This document shows, piece after piece, positions 13,700 through 29,417 of a DNA stretch of 64,000 bases. The stretch comes from Eledone cirrhosa. Taxonomy: Eukaryota. A program made the translations under genes and the position numbers. The notes beneath the pieces are model-generated. The model searched no databases and had not been told where the DNA came from. It saw nothing but the letters and a program-made list of their open reading frames with translations. The DNA is taken from contig OZ024741.1 of assembly GCA_964016885.1 (NCBI GenBank), positions 185,752,001 through 185,816,000 of the forward strand, read 5' to 3'. Within the stretch, counting starts at the first letter, position 1; every line of letters begins with the position of its first letter.

Positions 13700-14760
13700 T
13701 AGTATACTCACAAGTCTCTCTATGTTATGCAGGATTCCACGAGCTTCTTGCTGCGCTGATACGAATGCCTGAGTATGTGTGTTCGGATAAATTGTGCTAA
13801 ATCCAAAACATTCAATGTGAGATTCGGACTCGGCCATGAGTGCGTACTATCAATATTCCTGTTCATTATCTTTCATCCTTACGGGGTCGATAAAATAAAG
13901 TACCAGTAATGCACTGAAATAATTGCTGGCATTGTGCCAAATATAGAAACAATTATTTTCATAAACATGATTGATATGCGAAGCCGGGTTGGAAGTGGTA
14001 TCATGATAGGGATGTGTAAAATAAGTCGGCTGGAATTTACAGACAACAGGATGTTACTTAACTCGACAGAAGGTGATCTCCGACTTGCACTTGATTGGTT
14101 TGATGCCGAGGGCTGCATGGATAGAAACAAAAATAGTGCTGCGAAAACTGAAACACTCGTCCCCTCAAGGAAGCCTGGGCAGTGCACTCCACATGTGAAT
14201 GGAGTTCCACTGAAGCGGGACAGAGAGGTTCAAGTTTCCCGGGGCCGTGCTCATTATTGATGGAAGGCAGGAGGATGAATTAAGTGCAACAAATATGGAA
14301 GCTGGTGCAGCAATGCGCCAGCTTTTGCATTCGGTAATCAGAAGAAGGGTGGTAGGTGTAAAAGCCAAATTCACTATCTTCGATTCGGTATTCGTACCAA
14401 GCCTTACCGAGTGTCACGATCGATATACAAGCAACCTAAATGGGTTCCCCCGGAGGGTATTTGGAGTAACGTTATTTGTTAGAGTGCGTAGTTCAAAGGG
14501 CAGAGAGTCACTAGACGTAGATCCATTACTTCTCCAAATTGATAGATCACAGCTCCGGTACTATGGAAAGAATCGATGGAGACAATTTACAGGCAAAACC
14601 AACCGTTAGGAGAAGTAGAGGTAGACACAGATCAAGATGGTTGGATAATATCCAAGAGATTGGCTGGTCACGCCGGAGAAGAAGAAGAAGAAGAAGAAGA
14701 AGAAGAAGAAGAAGAAGAAGAAGAAGAAGAAGAAGAAGAAGAAGAAGAAGAAGAAGAAGA
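13700..14760 (+). mobile_element. RTE-clade LINE 3' fragment with (GAA)n tail, interrupted by a SINE fragment at 13870-13958
   Basis: Degenerate RT (FNVRFGLGHECVLSIFLF; ISRLEFTD), RTE-type C-terminus RGRHRSRWLDNI, (GAA)n at 14678-14760. Confidence 0.7.
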
Positions 14761-14779
14761 TAAGGGAATATTACTCCCG

Positions 14780-15290
14780 ACTTCCATTGCTTATGTGTCT
14801 TTCTAGAGATTCCGGCCACCTGGCACACACGAGTCAAAAAGAGATCATCTTTTCTATTTAAGGCTTTTAACATCTCAGGCCCAAATTCACTCTCCTCAGC
14901 GACCTTGGCACATTAGAGCTCTCCGAGAGATATGACATCGCTCCCAGATGCACCTCGTGTTCACCAGAAGATGTTGTTATGATCGGGATGAAAAGATGAG
15001 CAAATTATGTTCTCCAACTCGCGAAGACGCTCCTCTTTGAAGAGAGATGAACCCCAGATACATTCCTGATAGCAGGTGTGGAGGAGAAATTCTGATTACG
15101 AAGTCGGTGGATGATTTGCCAGAAAACTTGATTCGCTGATCTGAAGTCGAATTCCCGCTTAACCCCAAATATCTTAACTTTGCTGCAAGTTTTCCTACTT
15201 ATTCGGACCGCAAGTGCACCAAGCCAAGTTTTATAGAATTCCTTCTTTGCTCGGAAGCCATTTTGACCACTTACACACCCTGACAAAATT
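14780..15290 (-). mobile_element. LINE fragment (RTE-like APE-RT linker)
   Basis: Remnant FGVKREFDFRSANQVFWQIIHRLR. Confidence 0.45.
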
Positions 15291-15298
15291 ACTACACC

Positions 15299-15399
15299 CT
15301 TGTAAAGTCTTGCTGAACATATAAGCCGGGGCCGCCTGCCACCACAGATGGCATTTTACCTATCTCTCTCTCTTATTCTCTCTCTTTCCACCCTCTCTT

Positions 15400-15441
<42 letters not shown>

Positions 15442-15457
15442 CGAATATACGAAAGAG

Positions 15458-15538
<81 letters not shown>

Positions 15539-15635
15539 AGAAAGAGAGTGAGAGAGAGAATGAGAGAGAGATAGGTAAAACCCGTTTGTGGTGGCAGGCG
15601 GCCTCGGCTTGTATGTCCAGCAAGGCTTTACAAGC
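15299..15635. repeat. Fold-back element: about 70-bp imperfect inverted arms enclosing (CT)n-(TA)n-(GA)n
   Basis: CTTGTAAAGTCTTGCTGAACATATAAGCCGGGGCCGCCTGCCACCAC... is complementary to ...GTGGTGGCAGGCGGCCTCGGCTTGTATGTCCAGCAAGGCTTTACAAG. Confidence 0.8.
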
Positions 15636-16095
15636 CATTACGTAGACATGATCTAAGAAAATTACTCATGTATTTCCAAAATAACCAAAGAGAATTAAAA
15701 ACTAGATGTAAAAAGATCTATATATAGCATTACCACCGAGCAATATCATTATTAAATCTTGTCTTGAAATCCAGATTTCCAAAGCATAACATGAAAAAAA
15801 ATATGTTGACTATAAAAGGTTTAAAGTAATTAATTAGAAACATAAGAACGTACGGATTAAACATTTCAGATTACAAAATGCTATATTTATAATTTGAAAA
15901 TTAAAAATTTTGTTTTTTCTTAATTTTATTCTTTCATATGTTTTTGTAATTCTTTCTCTCTCAGTATTCTTGAGAAAATATCTTCTTTCCTTGGATCGTT
16001 TTGTATTTATAACTTTTCGTTTTTCAACTATATTCTTTTACTTTTATTGGTATATTTTTCTTTGGAGTTTTTCGTGTTTTATCTCCACCATCATA

Positions 16096-16250
16096 TTTCT
16101 TCTTCTTCTTCTTCTTCTTCTTCTTCTTCTTCTTCTTCTTCTTCTTCTTCTTCTTCTTCTTCTTCTTCTTCTTCTTCTTCTTCTTCTTCTTCTTCTTCTT
16201 CTTCTTCTTCTTCTTCTTCTTCTTCTTCTTCTTCTTCTTCTTCTTCTTCT
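16096..16250. repeat. (CTT)n microsatellite
   Basis: About 50 perfect units. Confidence 0.99.
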
Positions 16251-16613
16251 ATCTTTCCGCTCATGTTCTTCTCTTCTGCTAACTCAGTTCCACATCTCAA
16301 TCATTCATTCATATGTAGTAATATCAGAAAATGACTATTAAAGAACCCTCTTTGAAATATATGTATATGCTTCCCATGAAAAATCACTACAGGAAAATTA
16401 ACTTAACTACGAGATTCTTTTTAAAGAATGATTAAATTAAAACTACCCGGCGCCGACGTCTACACCGTAACCAAAGACTTCAGTGAGTGCTAGAATATGC
16501 AGACTTATGTCTGAATAAATCAATTCTGGATCAAGGATGTATATAGTGGACATGAGGATACTGCCCTTATTGTATCGGTGGCATGAAGAAACATTTTAAT
16601 TCATATTATTTTC

Positions 16614-16802
16614 GGGGGATTGGCAGTATCAGTAGAGGGTTGGACACGATGCTTTGTAGCATAGTTACGTCCCTTTATGGTCTGAGTTCAAATCCCGTCG
16701 AGGTTAACTTTGGCTTTCATCCTTACGGGGTCGATAAAGTAAAGTACCAGTGATGTACTGGAATAATTGCTGGCCTTGTGTCACAAGTAGAAACAATTAT
16801 TT
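16614..16802 (+). mobile_element. tRNA-derived SINE with Nin/Deu-like core
   Basis: A-box-like TGGCAGTATC, B-box GAGTTCAAATC, core CTTTCATCCTTACGGGGTCGATAAA..GTACCAG. Confidence 0.85.
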
Positions 16803-17412
16803 TAGTCATCGTGTCATTCATTGTTTTGTCCACGGAAGTACGGTAGATAAAACTATACATGAATGAATCTGTACCACATGTAAATAACTATTGACTATGT
16901 CACGAGGAGGGAGCAGTGTCTTGGGTATTTAAACATGGCGTTATCTATCTGGACACAGCCGATTTCTTCCAGAGAGAGAGGAAGTAAAAACGGAAGTAAA
17001 AACAACTCGATTTGCAGCATGAGTGAATCACCAGTTTGAAAAAAAAAAAAAAAAGTAAACTCATATTTAGACAGCTCTCATTCAAAATGATCTACACACA
17101 CACATACACACACATACAAACACACACGCAAACGCACCCACAAATGCCCAGGCACATACACAAAGAAATTAGCCGATTACAGTTCACCAATGCAACATCC
17201 TTGGTTCATTGTCATGTACTGTATTTGAACTTTATAAACCAAATTGCTATTTCGAGTAGACAAGTACGATACTTTCTCATCGGTAACCCATACACATCCA
17301 TATACACATGCAAATAGCTAGATATGACATTATAATTCTACGTAGAATTCAACACAAAGACAATATGCACCACATTTGAGGCTCTAGTAATATTGGAACA
17401 TAAACCATAAAT

Positions 17413-17594
17413 CAATTGTTTCTTCTTTTGGCACAAGGCCAGCAATTACTCCAGTGAATTACTGGTACGTTATTTTATCGACCCCGTAAGGATGAAAAAC
17501 AAAGTTAACCTCGGCGGGATTTGAACTGAGATCGTAGAGGGCCGTATCTCTATGCTGCAAAGCATGGCGTCTGACTCAACAGATACTGCCAATC
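17413..17594 (-). mobile_element. Same SINE family
   Basis: Reverse complement of the SINE consensus. Confidence 0.85.
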
Positions 17595-18139
17595 AATAGA
17601 TACTGCCCATAAATTAATAAACCATAAATTAACACACAAATGCAGCATTGTAATGACTAATTTCTTTTAAGGTTGAGAAATTTTAAATTAGATGTCCATG
17701 ATTTCCTAGAACTCACGTGATCCTTTACGACGACTGCTAAGCACGTGACCAATACGCCAGTAGTGCTCATATACTTCAACAGAGAGACGTTTGAATGATG
17801 AGCATATTCCGATTCAGTTCTCTTTTGTGTCCAATGAACAATCCTATCCCAGAGTCCAAGCTGGTTGTAATCGATTACAGCTACGAAAAAAAAAGAGTGC
17901 TCTATGTAGGTTACAGAGCTTATTAGTTATGTAATAAACAACATAAGATAATTATTTCATTTACCAGTGGTTTCTTGAAAGCAAACAAATTTGCTTTCAG
18001 TCATCAGAATGGAAAAAATCTTGGGGTTTTTATTGAATGTGGTTTGAAAAACAAAAATATAACGAATATGAAAGTGAGGCTGGAGGAAGAAGAAGAAAAG
18101 GAGAAAAGAAAAATAAATATATAAGTATAAACGCACACA

Positions 18140-20039
<1,900 letters not shown>

Positions 20040-20041
<2 letters not shown>

Positions 20042-20233
20042 CGAAGGAAAAGTGGTAAGGAACCAGGTGGACCATAACGCACCAAAGTACTCAATACTTA
20101 GGGTAGTAGAGTGGGTAATAGGAACAAGTAAGACCCCGACGGCTGAGCTCAAGCCGTTTCGACGGCTAATTCTGGACTGAGTTAGCCGTCGAAACGGCTT
20201 GAGCTCAGCCGTCGGGGTCTTACTTGTTCCTAT
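20040..20233. mobile_element. PLE-type terminal-repeat fold-back insertion in (TA)n (family A)
   Basis: Palindrome ...GAGCTCAAGCCGTTTCGACGGCTAA-TTCTGGACTGAG-TTAGCCGTCGAAACGGCTTGAGCTC... with one longer arm; both ends run into TA repeats. Confidence 0.65.
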
Positions 20234-20255
20234 ATATATATATATATATATATAT

Positions 20256-20333
<78 letters not shown>

Positions 20334-20521
20334 GTATATATATGTATGAAAATATAGGCACTTGTATAGATGTATATATTTATTAAATGTCTTTGGATGT
20401 ATATATATATATATATATAGTGAAAAATGGAACGGGAACAAAACAGAGAGGCAGCACGAATAAAGGTTTATTAGTTTCACCCTCTTGAGAGTGGGGTGGT
20501 GGTGGGGAACGACGTTTTGGG

Positions 20522-20561
<40 letters not shown>

Positions 20562-21709
20562 GTATATAGAGATATGTATAAGTGTTTGTGAATGTATAGA
20601 CGCCTAATTATATTTTGCTCTATATTTTTCATGTATGTACTATTCCTTCCTCGTGGCGAAGAGATTTTAATTACTATACATTAGAGGGAGTTTGTCGTAT
20701 ATATTGTAAGGAGTACTGCTCCTATTTCCTGTTCTCGGATATATGGTGTTCACAAATGTCAACAGTCTCGGGCCTTATAAAGAATCAACGAACAAGACCA
20801 CCTATAGACATACACAAATGCAAAATCACACAAGGTTTTACACACACACAAACATATGTGGTTAATAAAGAAATCATTATTATTTTTATTTTTGATTCGT
20901 GCCACGACATAATATCATGAATCACTCCGTTCGTTTGTTCTATATTCACATTGGTATGCAACATATTGTATTGAACTGACCAGTATGTTGGCGAGCCTGT
21001 TAGTTTAGCTTTACCTGCAGCAGCTCTGAGTACGTAAACCCATGATTGCTTTTCAAACACGCCCCTCAAATTACTTTAAAAATTAAGATGGTGGACAAAC
21101 ATTTGGCGTCTGCTAAACGTAATGGCCGGCTGTCTATAGAACAAACAAAATGTAGAAACGACAGCTGCAGTAGCAGAAATCAGAACAGCAGCACCTGTAG
21201 GAACAGCAACAGCTGCAACACATTCTTATCCCGTGAAGCAACCGCAAACGAATTAGAATTTCGACTTATGCCAATGTTTACCGCGGTGAAAGCCGCCGTC
21301 TCTACCACAAGGACAGTTATCACAACAAATTCCATTAACATCACAACCACTAACATGTCGGCTCGAGATAAAATCTACAGACAGGGAAGTTCTGTCGATG
21401 GACCAGTCCGAGATTCGTACAGAGAAACTAAACCGTTTTACTCGCACTTGTCAATTGTCTGTGCATTACAGACATGTGGAGGTGTTGTCGAACAGCTATT
21501 ACTGCGTGTAGGGTAGGCAGTTTTCTTCTGCCTGATGGCCATAATGAAAGACATTGTTTGGTGAGCGTAGCTGAAAAGACTGAAGAGAGATACTCTCCTA
21601 TTCGGTCAAACACTCATCTACATGTTCATGTTCTACTTGAAAAGGAAGGTGTGGGTGGAGAGGAAAATGCTGTCCCCCAGCATATTTGTTAAAAGGTAGG
21701 TGAATGTAG

Positions 21710-23560
21710 TGAGGATCTCCCGGGTGAATGGGCCCACTCTGGCCATATGTCTGTATACTGGCTTGTTCGGGAAGGGGAGTGGCGCCTTTCTATAGTGCTC
21801 TAGATCGTAGGGTGGTTAAGGATCGGTGGCGTTCCTAGCTCACCTCTGGGTGGATAGGAGAATGATAATTGAAATTATAAGAACAATAAATGCTGTCATA
21901 CTCCACATCAGAGAGAAAAGACATATTCAAACAAGGAACCATATCCAATCTGTTACACTGCATGTAGTGGAGCAACTCTGACTGACGAAGACTAAGCAGA
22001 ATAAGGCAAAAGAGCGATGTTGTAAACGATGGATCGAAAATGCCATAATTCGATTGAGACAGAATGTAAGTAAAATTAAGCAATTGTTTCGAGAAAAATG
22101 GAAAAATGGGAAAAAAGGCTGATTGAGAAGTACAAGTCAAGAGAAAACATTAAAAAAGAGTGGATTCCATACAGTAACAGAACAGTTAAAACAGAGAATT
22201 ATCTCTAAAAGCCAGAAGATAAGGAGATACGTAAATAGAAATAAAAATTTCGAAGAGAATAGATTGTTCCAAAATAATACAAAACAATTCTTCCGTAAAC
22301 AATGGAAAGTATACTATTCTTAATGCTGATAAGATCAAGGAGTTCTGGAATGACATATGAGGAAACAGTATGAAGCATAAAAAGGATGCCAACTGCATAG
22401 GCACCACCAGGAGAGAATTGCGATCAGAAGATATACAAAAAGATATTATCATAAGCAAAGCGATGTGAAGGATCAAGTGGCCAGGATACCAACTGGAAAC
22501 CCCTCGAACCAGATAGGATCTCCGGCTTTTGGTTGAAAAGATGCAGTCCAGTACATGAAAGACTGGTAACACAATTGAATGAATGTCTCCATAGAGGTGC
22601 AGTCCCAGCCTGGATGATTTCAGGGAGGAAAAAGCTTGTAATAAAGAATAAAAGTAAGAGGAATGCTGTGGGAAACTACCACTCTATAGCATGCCTAAAC
22701 ATAATATGAAAGGTTCTCACTGGGATATTTTCGGGAGAGACATATGCTTTTCTATCACAGGTAGGAATACTACCAAGGGAACAAACAAGATGTAGAAAGA
22801 GGTCCCAGGTTACCAAGAGTCACCTGGTTAATGATAACCCAGTTTTGATGTCAAGTAAGGAACATCATACAAACATGTATATGGTCTGGATTGAATTTAT
22901 GCAGGCATATCATATGGTACCCCATTCTTGAATTGGTGAATGCCTGCGGATGATTGGTATTGCTGATATCAAAAGTTTTCTGCAGAATAGTACGCTAGAG
23001 TGGAAAACCAAGTTATAGTCAAGCAATGCCTTTCTGGGAGAATGAGAAATTAAAAGAGGGTTCTTCCAAAGGGACTCATTCTTACCGTTACTATTTGTTA
23101 CAGCACTATAACACTCACACTCGAAAACATTAATATTGGCTAATATGGAAAGCACAGGCCACTCATAAACCAGCTTTTGTTTATGGATGACCTGAAACTG
23201 TTTGAGATGCCTGAATACCAAATAGACTCATTGATTAAAACAGACCATATATGTAGCAAGGACATCAGTATAGATTGTGGGATTTCCAAATGTTCTATAC
23301 TCAACATGAAAAGAGGGAAGAAAGCAGCTGTAGTGGATTGCGACTGTCATCGGGAGAAACCATTGGAGAACCAGAAGATACAGGAAATAAATATTATATT
23401 TGGGGAATCTAGAGCTAGAAGATATTTTGCACGCAGAAATGTAAGAAAAGTTTGTGGGATATATTTAAAAAGAGTATAATTTTAAAAACTCACTTCAATG
23501 CAAGAAATCTGGTCACTGCAATGAATATTTAGGTAGTTGCAGTGGTTAGACATGAAATTG
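21710..23560 (+). mobile_element. Heavily degenerate R4/Dong-like element
   Basis: EQLKQRIISKSQKIRRY..F..NRLFQNN, MVPHS, RGFFQRDSFLPLLF, LLFMDDLKLF, with many stops. Confidence 0.85.
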
Positions 23561-23799
23561 AAATTATAGTTGACAACTGGGTTTGCAAGTGTATTTATGA
23601 CAGGTAACACTGGTCAACAAAATTCTACTTTCTTTCCTGAGTTGAAAAATAACAATACATTTTTAATATTACGTAAAAAATAAAGAGCATAGTTGTCTTA
23701 TTTTAAACTTAAACTTGCTGATCAGGAAATATTGTGGGGCCCACAAAAGTTATGTAAACCATGTGACGAAAATCTACTCCAATAGACAAAGGGCACAAG

Positions 23800-24900
23800 A
23801 AAACAATTAGCATTAGACATTCCTATGGTATGGTGGGAGCCAATGAACCATGCAGAACATAATTTCTTCTTGAGTTGAGCTCAGTTTTCAAGACAGCACG
23901 TACTCTCTGTTATCATTCCTTCCTGATTCTCTCTTTCGTACTGGGTTGGCCTTCATTGATCCTTAGATATCTGTAGGTTTGTTCCTGTTCTAATTCCTTA
24001 ATTATTGTATTCACATCTACTTCCATTGAGTTTGTGCTTGCCTTTCTGCCTTTCTCAGATGCTGCTTTGGTGAATTTTTCCAATCCAATATCCATCCCTA
24101 AATCATTTCAATTATCTTCAACAGATTAACAATTCGCTGTCATTTTTGGCATAGTTTCGTATCATCCACATAAAAATTAATAGTTTGCCATCTATTTTGT
24201 AGCCATATTGTGTTTTGTTGGCCGCTAGAGACAGCGGTGTGAGTACAATTCATAATATCAGAGGAGGAAACGAATACATTGAAAGGTACCACAGTTAATA
24301 CTTATGTTGCTGGAATTTATAATTCCATCATTGTCTGACAGTGATATATTTGTATTCCATACAGTCATGTTGTATTCCAGGAAGTTTCATATTATTGGTG
24401 AAATTTTCAGAACATCCAAAACCTCAAAAATTTTCAAAGGTCATGAGTGGGGAACACTATCAAATGCTATTTCATAGTCAATCCAGGATTCTAAGAATAT
24501 ATCTTCTTACATTTGTAATATTTTTTTCGTCCTGCGTTGGTCTCATTTCTGAATTGCTTTCCCACCATTTCCTAAAAGAATTTATTTTGTTTTGATTTCA
24601 ATGGTCCTCCCAATGTGATATATCACGTTTTTAAGTTCTTCTCGGGTACATTTGATACAATTAATCTTCTTTAAGTGACAATTCAAGTCCTTATTTGGAG
24701 GAGAACTAGTTTTAGATGGAGACCTTTTGACCATAATCTGATTGCTCCCAGAGGGACGCGGTCCTTGATGACCAGGGCGACGACCGATCCGGTAAATATT
24801 GTAGGGAAATTTTATTGTTTCTTTATGCGTTTTATCATCCAACGCCAAGAGTAATTTTGTTAAAGATACCACATCTAGGACAATTATCAACCAGCATTAT
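23800..24900 (-). mobile_element. Degenerate R4/Dong-like RT fragment
   Basis: YVDDTKL; MDIGLEKFTKA; ELEQEQTYRYL...KERIRKE. Confidence 0.65.
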
Positions 24901-25940
24901 TCAGCTTATTACTCGGCGCCGGCTGCCAGCCAGTTATTTCTTGACCACATTTTATTATTATTAGTGCTGTCATTAATGTTGTCTTCAAATAAACACTTTG
25001 TGTTTAATAGGGAAATCATTAGCACCACCACCATTATTACTATTATTATAAATTTTATTATCAACATTATTATTTCTGTTATTTTTGTTCTTGTTGCAAC
25101 ATTCTATAGTACTGTTGTTATCATTGTTGTTACTTCCTGGTGTTATGTTCTTTTTCTTTTTTTAATTTTTTCTCGTTTTGTTCTTGTCTTTGTCTAGACA
25201 AAGTTCTGTAATGATAAAAAAGGAATTTGTAGATTGTAGTTATTTTTGTCTACATTCTGTGTTGCTACTAATTTTGTTCTAGTCTTTCCTCTTTGTCTGA
25301 GCTGCCTTCTCTCTTCTTCCCAGTAACTAATCTTGTCCAGACGATGTTAATCTAAATAGGATTTGTTGCTATCTACTGCTTACTATAACCGTTTCAAGGT
25401 CAGCAAAATCAGACCATAATAGAGAGATACGGTCTTTTTCTGAAGCTATTTTAAAAGAAAGCATGGATAATGCTCTTCATAATACAGTTAATTTGTTCTT
25501 TCTCTTCACCATATTTATAAAAAGTGCAGTTGATGACAAATTACGACTTGCAAATTGGAAAAGGTTTTTGGCTCATCCATCTCTGAAAGAAACTTTTTCC
25601 GTTCAACTAGAAAATAATCTCATCCAAACGATGGAACAAAATGTTCAGGTAACATTATTGAAAAAAAGCGCTCTAGGTTGAATACAGTATTTTGATATAA
25701 ATAATTTCTCAAAACAGTTGCATATTACTATGTTAATCAGAACCTACTCTAGCATAGGCCACAGAGAGGCTGCATCTTCTAGTGTTGCTTATCTTGCAGG
25801 CAATACCATGATCGTCATCTTGGTGTTACATGAACGATACGCAGCACTAGCAGATATAGCGTTTCTGTAACCTCTGGTAGAGTAGGTGTTGAAAACTTAG
25901 GTAGAGTGCAACGGTTCTGGGAAATTATGAATTATTTCTA

Positions 25941-26000
<60 letters not shown>

Positions 26001-26002
26001 TA

Positions 26003-26093
<91 letters not shown>

Positions 26094-26098
<5 letters not shown>

Positions 26099-26212
26099 AA
26101 AATGTATGACCCCCGACAGCAGAGCTCAAGCTGTTCGACGGCTATTTCTGGACATGAGTCCAGAAATAGCCGTCGAAACGGCTTGAGCTCTGCGATCGGG
26201 ATCATACTTTTG
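26094..26212. mobile_element. Family A fold-back insertion in (TA)n
   Basis: GACGGCTATTTCTGGAC-ATGA-GTCCAGAAATAGCCGTC palindrome. Confidence 0.65.
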
Positions 26213-26298
26213 TATGTATATGTATGTATGTGTATGTATATGTATATATATATATATATATGTATATGTATGTGTATGTATATATATATATGTGTTTA

Positions 26299-26389
<91 letters not shown>

Positions 26390-26422
26390 GTGTGTGTGTG
26401 TATATATATGTATGTATGTGTA

Positions 26423-26469
<47 letters not shown>

Positions 26470-26542
26470 ATATATGCATATATATATATATGTATATGTG
26501 TATGTGTGTATGTATGTCTGTGTGTGTGTATATATATATATA

Positions 26543-26602
<60 letters not shown>

Positions 26603-26980
26603 AATATAAATTAGCGAGAATCGTTTTCAGCTCAGGAATTAACGAAAATCAACGTCCGATATGTGTGGCAAGCGCTCGATGAATCATATGAATCAGAGCT
26701 ACAACATACGTTAAGGGCCAAACACACTGAGATGATGGTTAAACATATCATCCGCACAGCGAAAACAAAACGACCAAGTAATTCGGGTCAAACAATAAAA
26801 ATATATGTGTTGATACTTTCCCGGACCCTGGACTGATGGTAAAATCCAGTATTGGTTTCTGCGACTCCAAATCAGGTACTGTCCGCCTACATAAAGAATG
26901 TTGGGCTTCTGGTGAGATGATGAACATATATATATATATGTGTGTGTGTGTATGTAAAAATGTTTATATATATATATAAA

Positions 26981-27130
26981 CAATGGCAACATTGAGGACC
27001 GAGTAAGTTAGATCGCAGATATATATATATAAAAGACAGCGAGAAGCGAAAACCAACCAAACAGTGAGTGTGTTCTGTTATTAATTCTGGCAATATTACG
27101 CAAATATGACCCTCCCCAAATATAACAATA
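26981..27130 (+). mobile_element. Solo 3' terminal fragment of the Naiad-like PLE
   Basis: Near-identical to 54403-54550 and homologous to the reverse complement of 50942-51075. Confidence 0.8.
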
Positions 27131-27134
27131 TGTA

Positions 27135-27198
<64 letters not shown>

Positions 27199-27275
27199 AA
27201 TATATGTATGGTGTATGTGTGTATATATATGTGTGTGTATGTGTGTATATATGTATATATGTATATATGTGTATA

Positions 27276-27306
<31 letters not shown>

Positions 27307-27904
27307 GTGTGTGTATATATATATATACATATGTGTGTATGTATGTGTGTGTATGTATATATATATATATATATATATTTATATGTGTGTGTGTATATAC
27401 GTGTATATGTGTATGTGTGTGTGTTTATGGGTGCGCGCGAATGTGTGAGTGAGTGTGTTTTGTGAATGTGTCTGTTGATTTTGGCATATAGTTGAATAGT
27501 TTAAGAGAAATTTAAAGATAATTGTAAGATATGCACTCAATATTTTGAATTTGTCTACAGAATTCTCTAAACCTTTGTCACTTAGTAGAACCTTAAAGAA
27601 TTTAGCTTTTAAAGAATCTCCCTTTCCTTTAAATCTATCTACGATGACTGACCCCCACTGATCTTATAGACACCTGTTAGCTTAAGAGAAACTTAATAAT
27701 AGGGAGTGGCATGCCATCCAGAACCTGTTTATAGAATTCTTTCTGCCTTTGTTACTCTAAAAATAAAAATAAACTATAGCTTTGTAGAATTAGCTTTTAA
27801 TGAATTCCCTTTTCTATCAACCAATGACCTACACCCATCCCACTCCCCACCCTCTCCTACCACTTGTAGAGACCTATAAATACCATATTTATTTTTTGAT
27901 ACCC

Positions 27905-27955
27905 AGATTCCTGATGATTTCTAAAGAATGAAACAGTTCTAGTCCTGAAGAATCT
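27905..27955 (+). ncRNA. Type-I hammerhead motif (family B), cleavage triplet mutated
   Basis: AGATTC-CTGATGA-T-TTC-TAAA-GAA-T-GAAA-CAG-ttctagtc-CTG-AA-GAATCT, at the end of a PLE-like remnant (27480-27965) homologous to 38880-39185. Confidence 0.65.
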
Positions 27956-28364
27956 CCTCTATATTAAAACTATATATATAGATATATAGATATATATATG
28001 TATCGATAGATAGATAGATAGATAGATAGATATAGATACACACACACACATATATACATACATATGCGTGAGTGTTTGTGAGTGTGTGTGTCATATTTAA
28101 AAAAATGCTGGAGAGAACAACAAAGATTTATGAATACATATATATATATTTAATGGCTAACAAGTGGTTTCAAATATTGCACAGTAAGAGTGAACATTGA
28201 TGTGAAAGTATCGACTATCAATCGATATTAGTCCATTAAACATAAATAAATAAATGAGTACATATCATCTTCGGAGCCTGAACATTTTTTTTATAACATA
28301 TTAATTCATAAATTAAATCATTTCACCGAGGTGAGGAACTTTAAATGCGGGATGTTAATAATAT

Positions 28365-28759
28365 AATTGTTTCTACTTTTAGCACAAGGCCAGCAATTAT
28401 TCCAATGAATTACTGGTACTTTATTTCATCGACCCCGTAAGGGTGAAAGGCAAAGTTAACCTCGGCCGGATTTGAACTCAGACTGTTCAAGTGCCGTAAC
28501 TCGATGCTGCAAAGAATGGCGTCAGACCCTCTACCGATACTGCCAATCAAGATGTGTTGAAACTATAAACAGTTAATGATTGTTTCTACTTTTGGCACAA
28601 GCCAGCAATTATCCCAGTCTATTACTGCTACTTTATTTTATCGACCCCGTAAGGAGGAAAGGCAAAGTTAAGCCCGGCAGGGTTTGAACTCAGAATGGCA
28701 AGGGCCGTAACTCTTTGAGTCAAAGCATGGTGGCCGACTCACTACTGATACTGCCAATA
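28365..28759 (-). mobile_element. Two tandem SINE copies (28365-28548 and 28578-28759)
   Basis: Two reverse-complement matches to the SINE. Confidence 0.85.
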
Positions 28760-28827
28760 AGATGTAATAATGATTCCATATATATAATTGTTCCCACTGT
28801 TTAACTAATTGTTTACACTCTGAATTG

Positions 28828-28897
<70 letters not shown>

Positions 28898-28900
<3 letters not shown>

Positions 28901-29104
28901 CGGAGGAAATGTGGTAAGGAACCAGGTGGACCATAACGCACCAAAGTACTCAATACTTGAGGTAGTAGAGTGGGTAATAGGAACCAGTAAGACCCCGACA
29001 GCTGAGCTCAAGCCGTTTCGACGGCTAATTCTGGACTCAATTAGCCGTCGTCCAGAATTAGCCGTCGAAACGGCTTGAGCTCAGCTGTCGGGGTCTTACT
29101 GGTT

Positions 29105-29109
<5 letters not shown>
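28898..29109. mobile_element. Family A fold-back insertion in (TA)n
   Basis: Near-identical to 20040-20233 but with a different, reiterated centre. Confidence 0.65.
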
Positions 29110-29191
<82 letters not shown>

Positions 29192-29417
29192 TTGCGTGTT
29201 TTATTACGGGACATGAGAAAAACACTCCATTTCGAAGCAGAGTTTAATTATTCATTTATTATGGCTAAACAGTGAGTCTTGCCACACTGGAGCTTCACCT
29301 GCACATTCGCAAAATCGTAAGACAAGTTATATATATGTATGAAATTTGTAGAAACTTGTAGAAAAAAATCAAATTCCTACAAATTTCATACCGGATGACC
29401 CAATATACATATATAAA

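Noticed and set aside
16614-16710. tRNA genes at SINE heads
   Set aside because: A/B boxes are present but no cloverleaf, and they are always fused to the SINE core.
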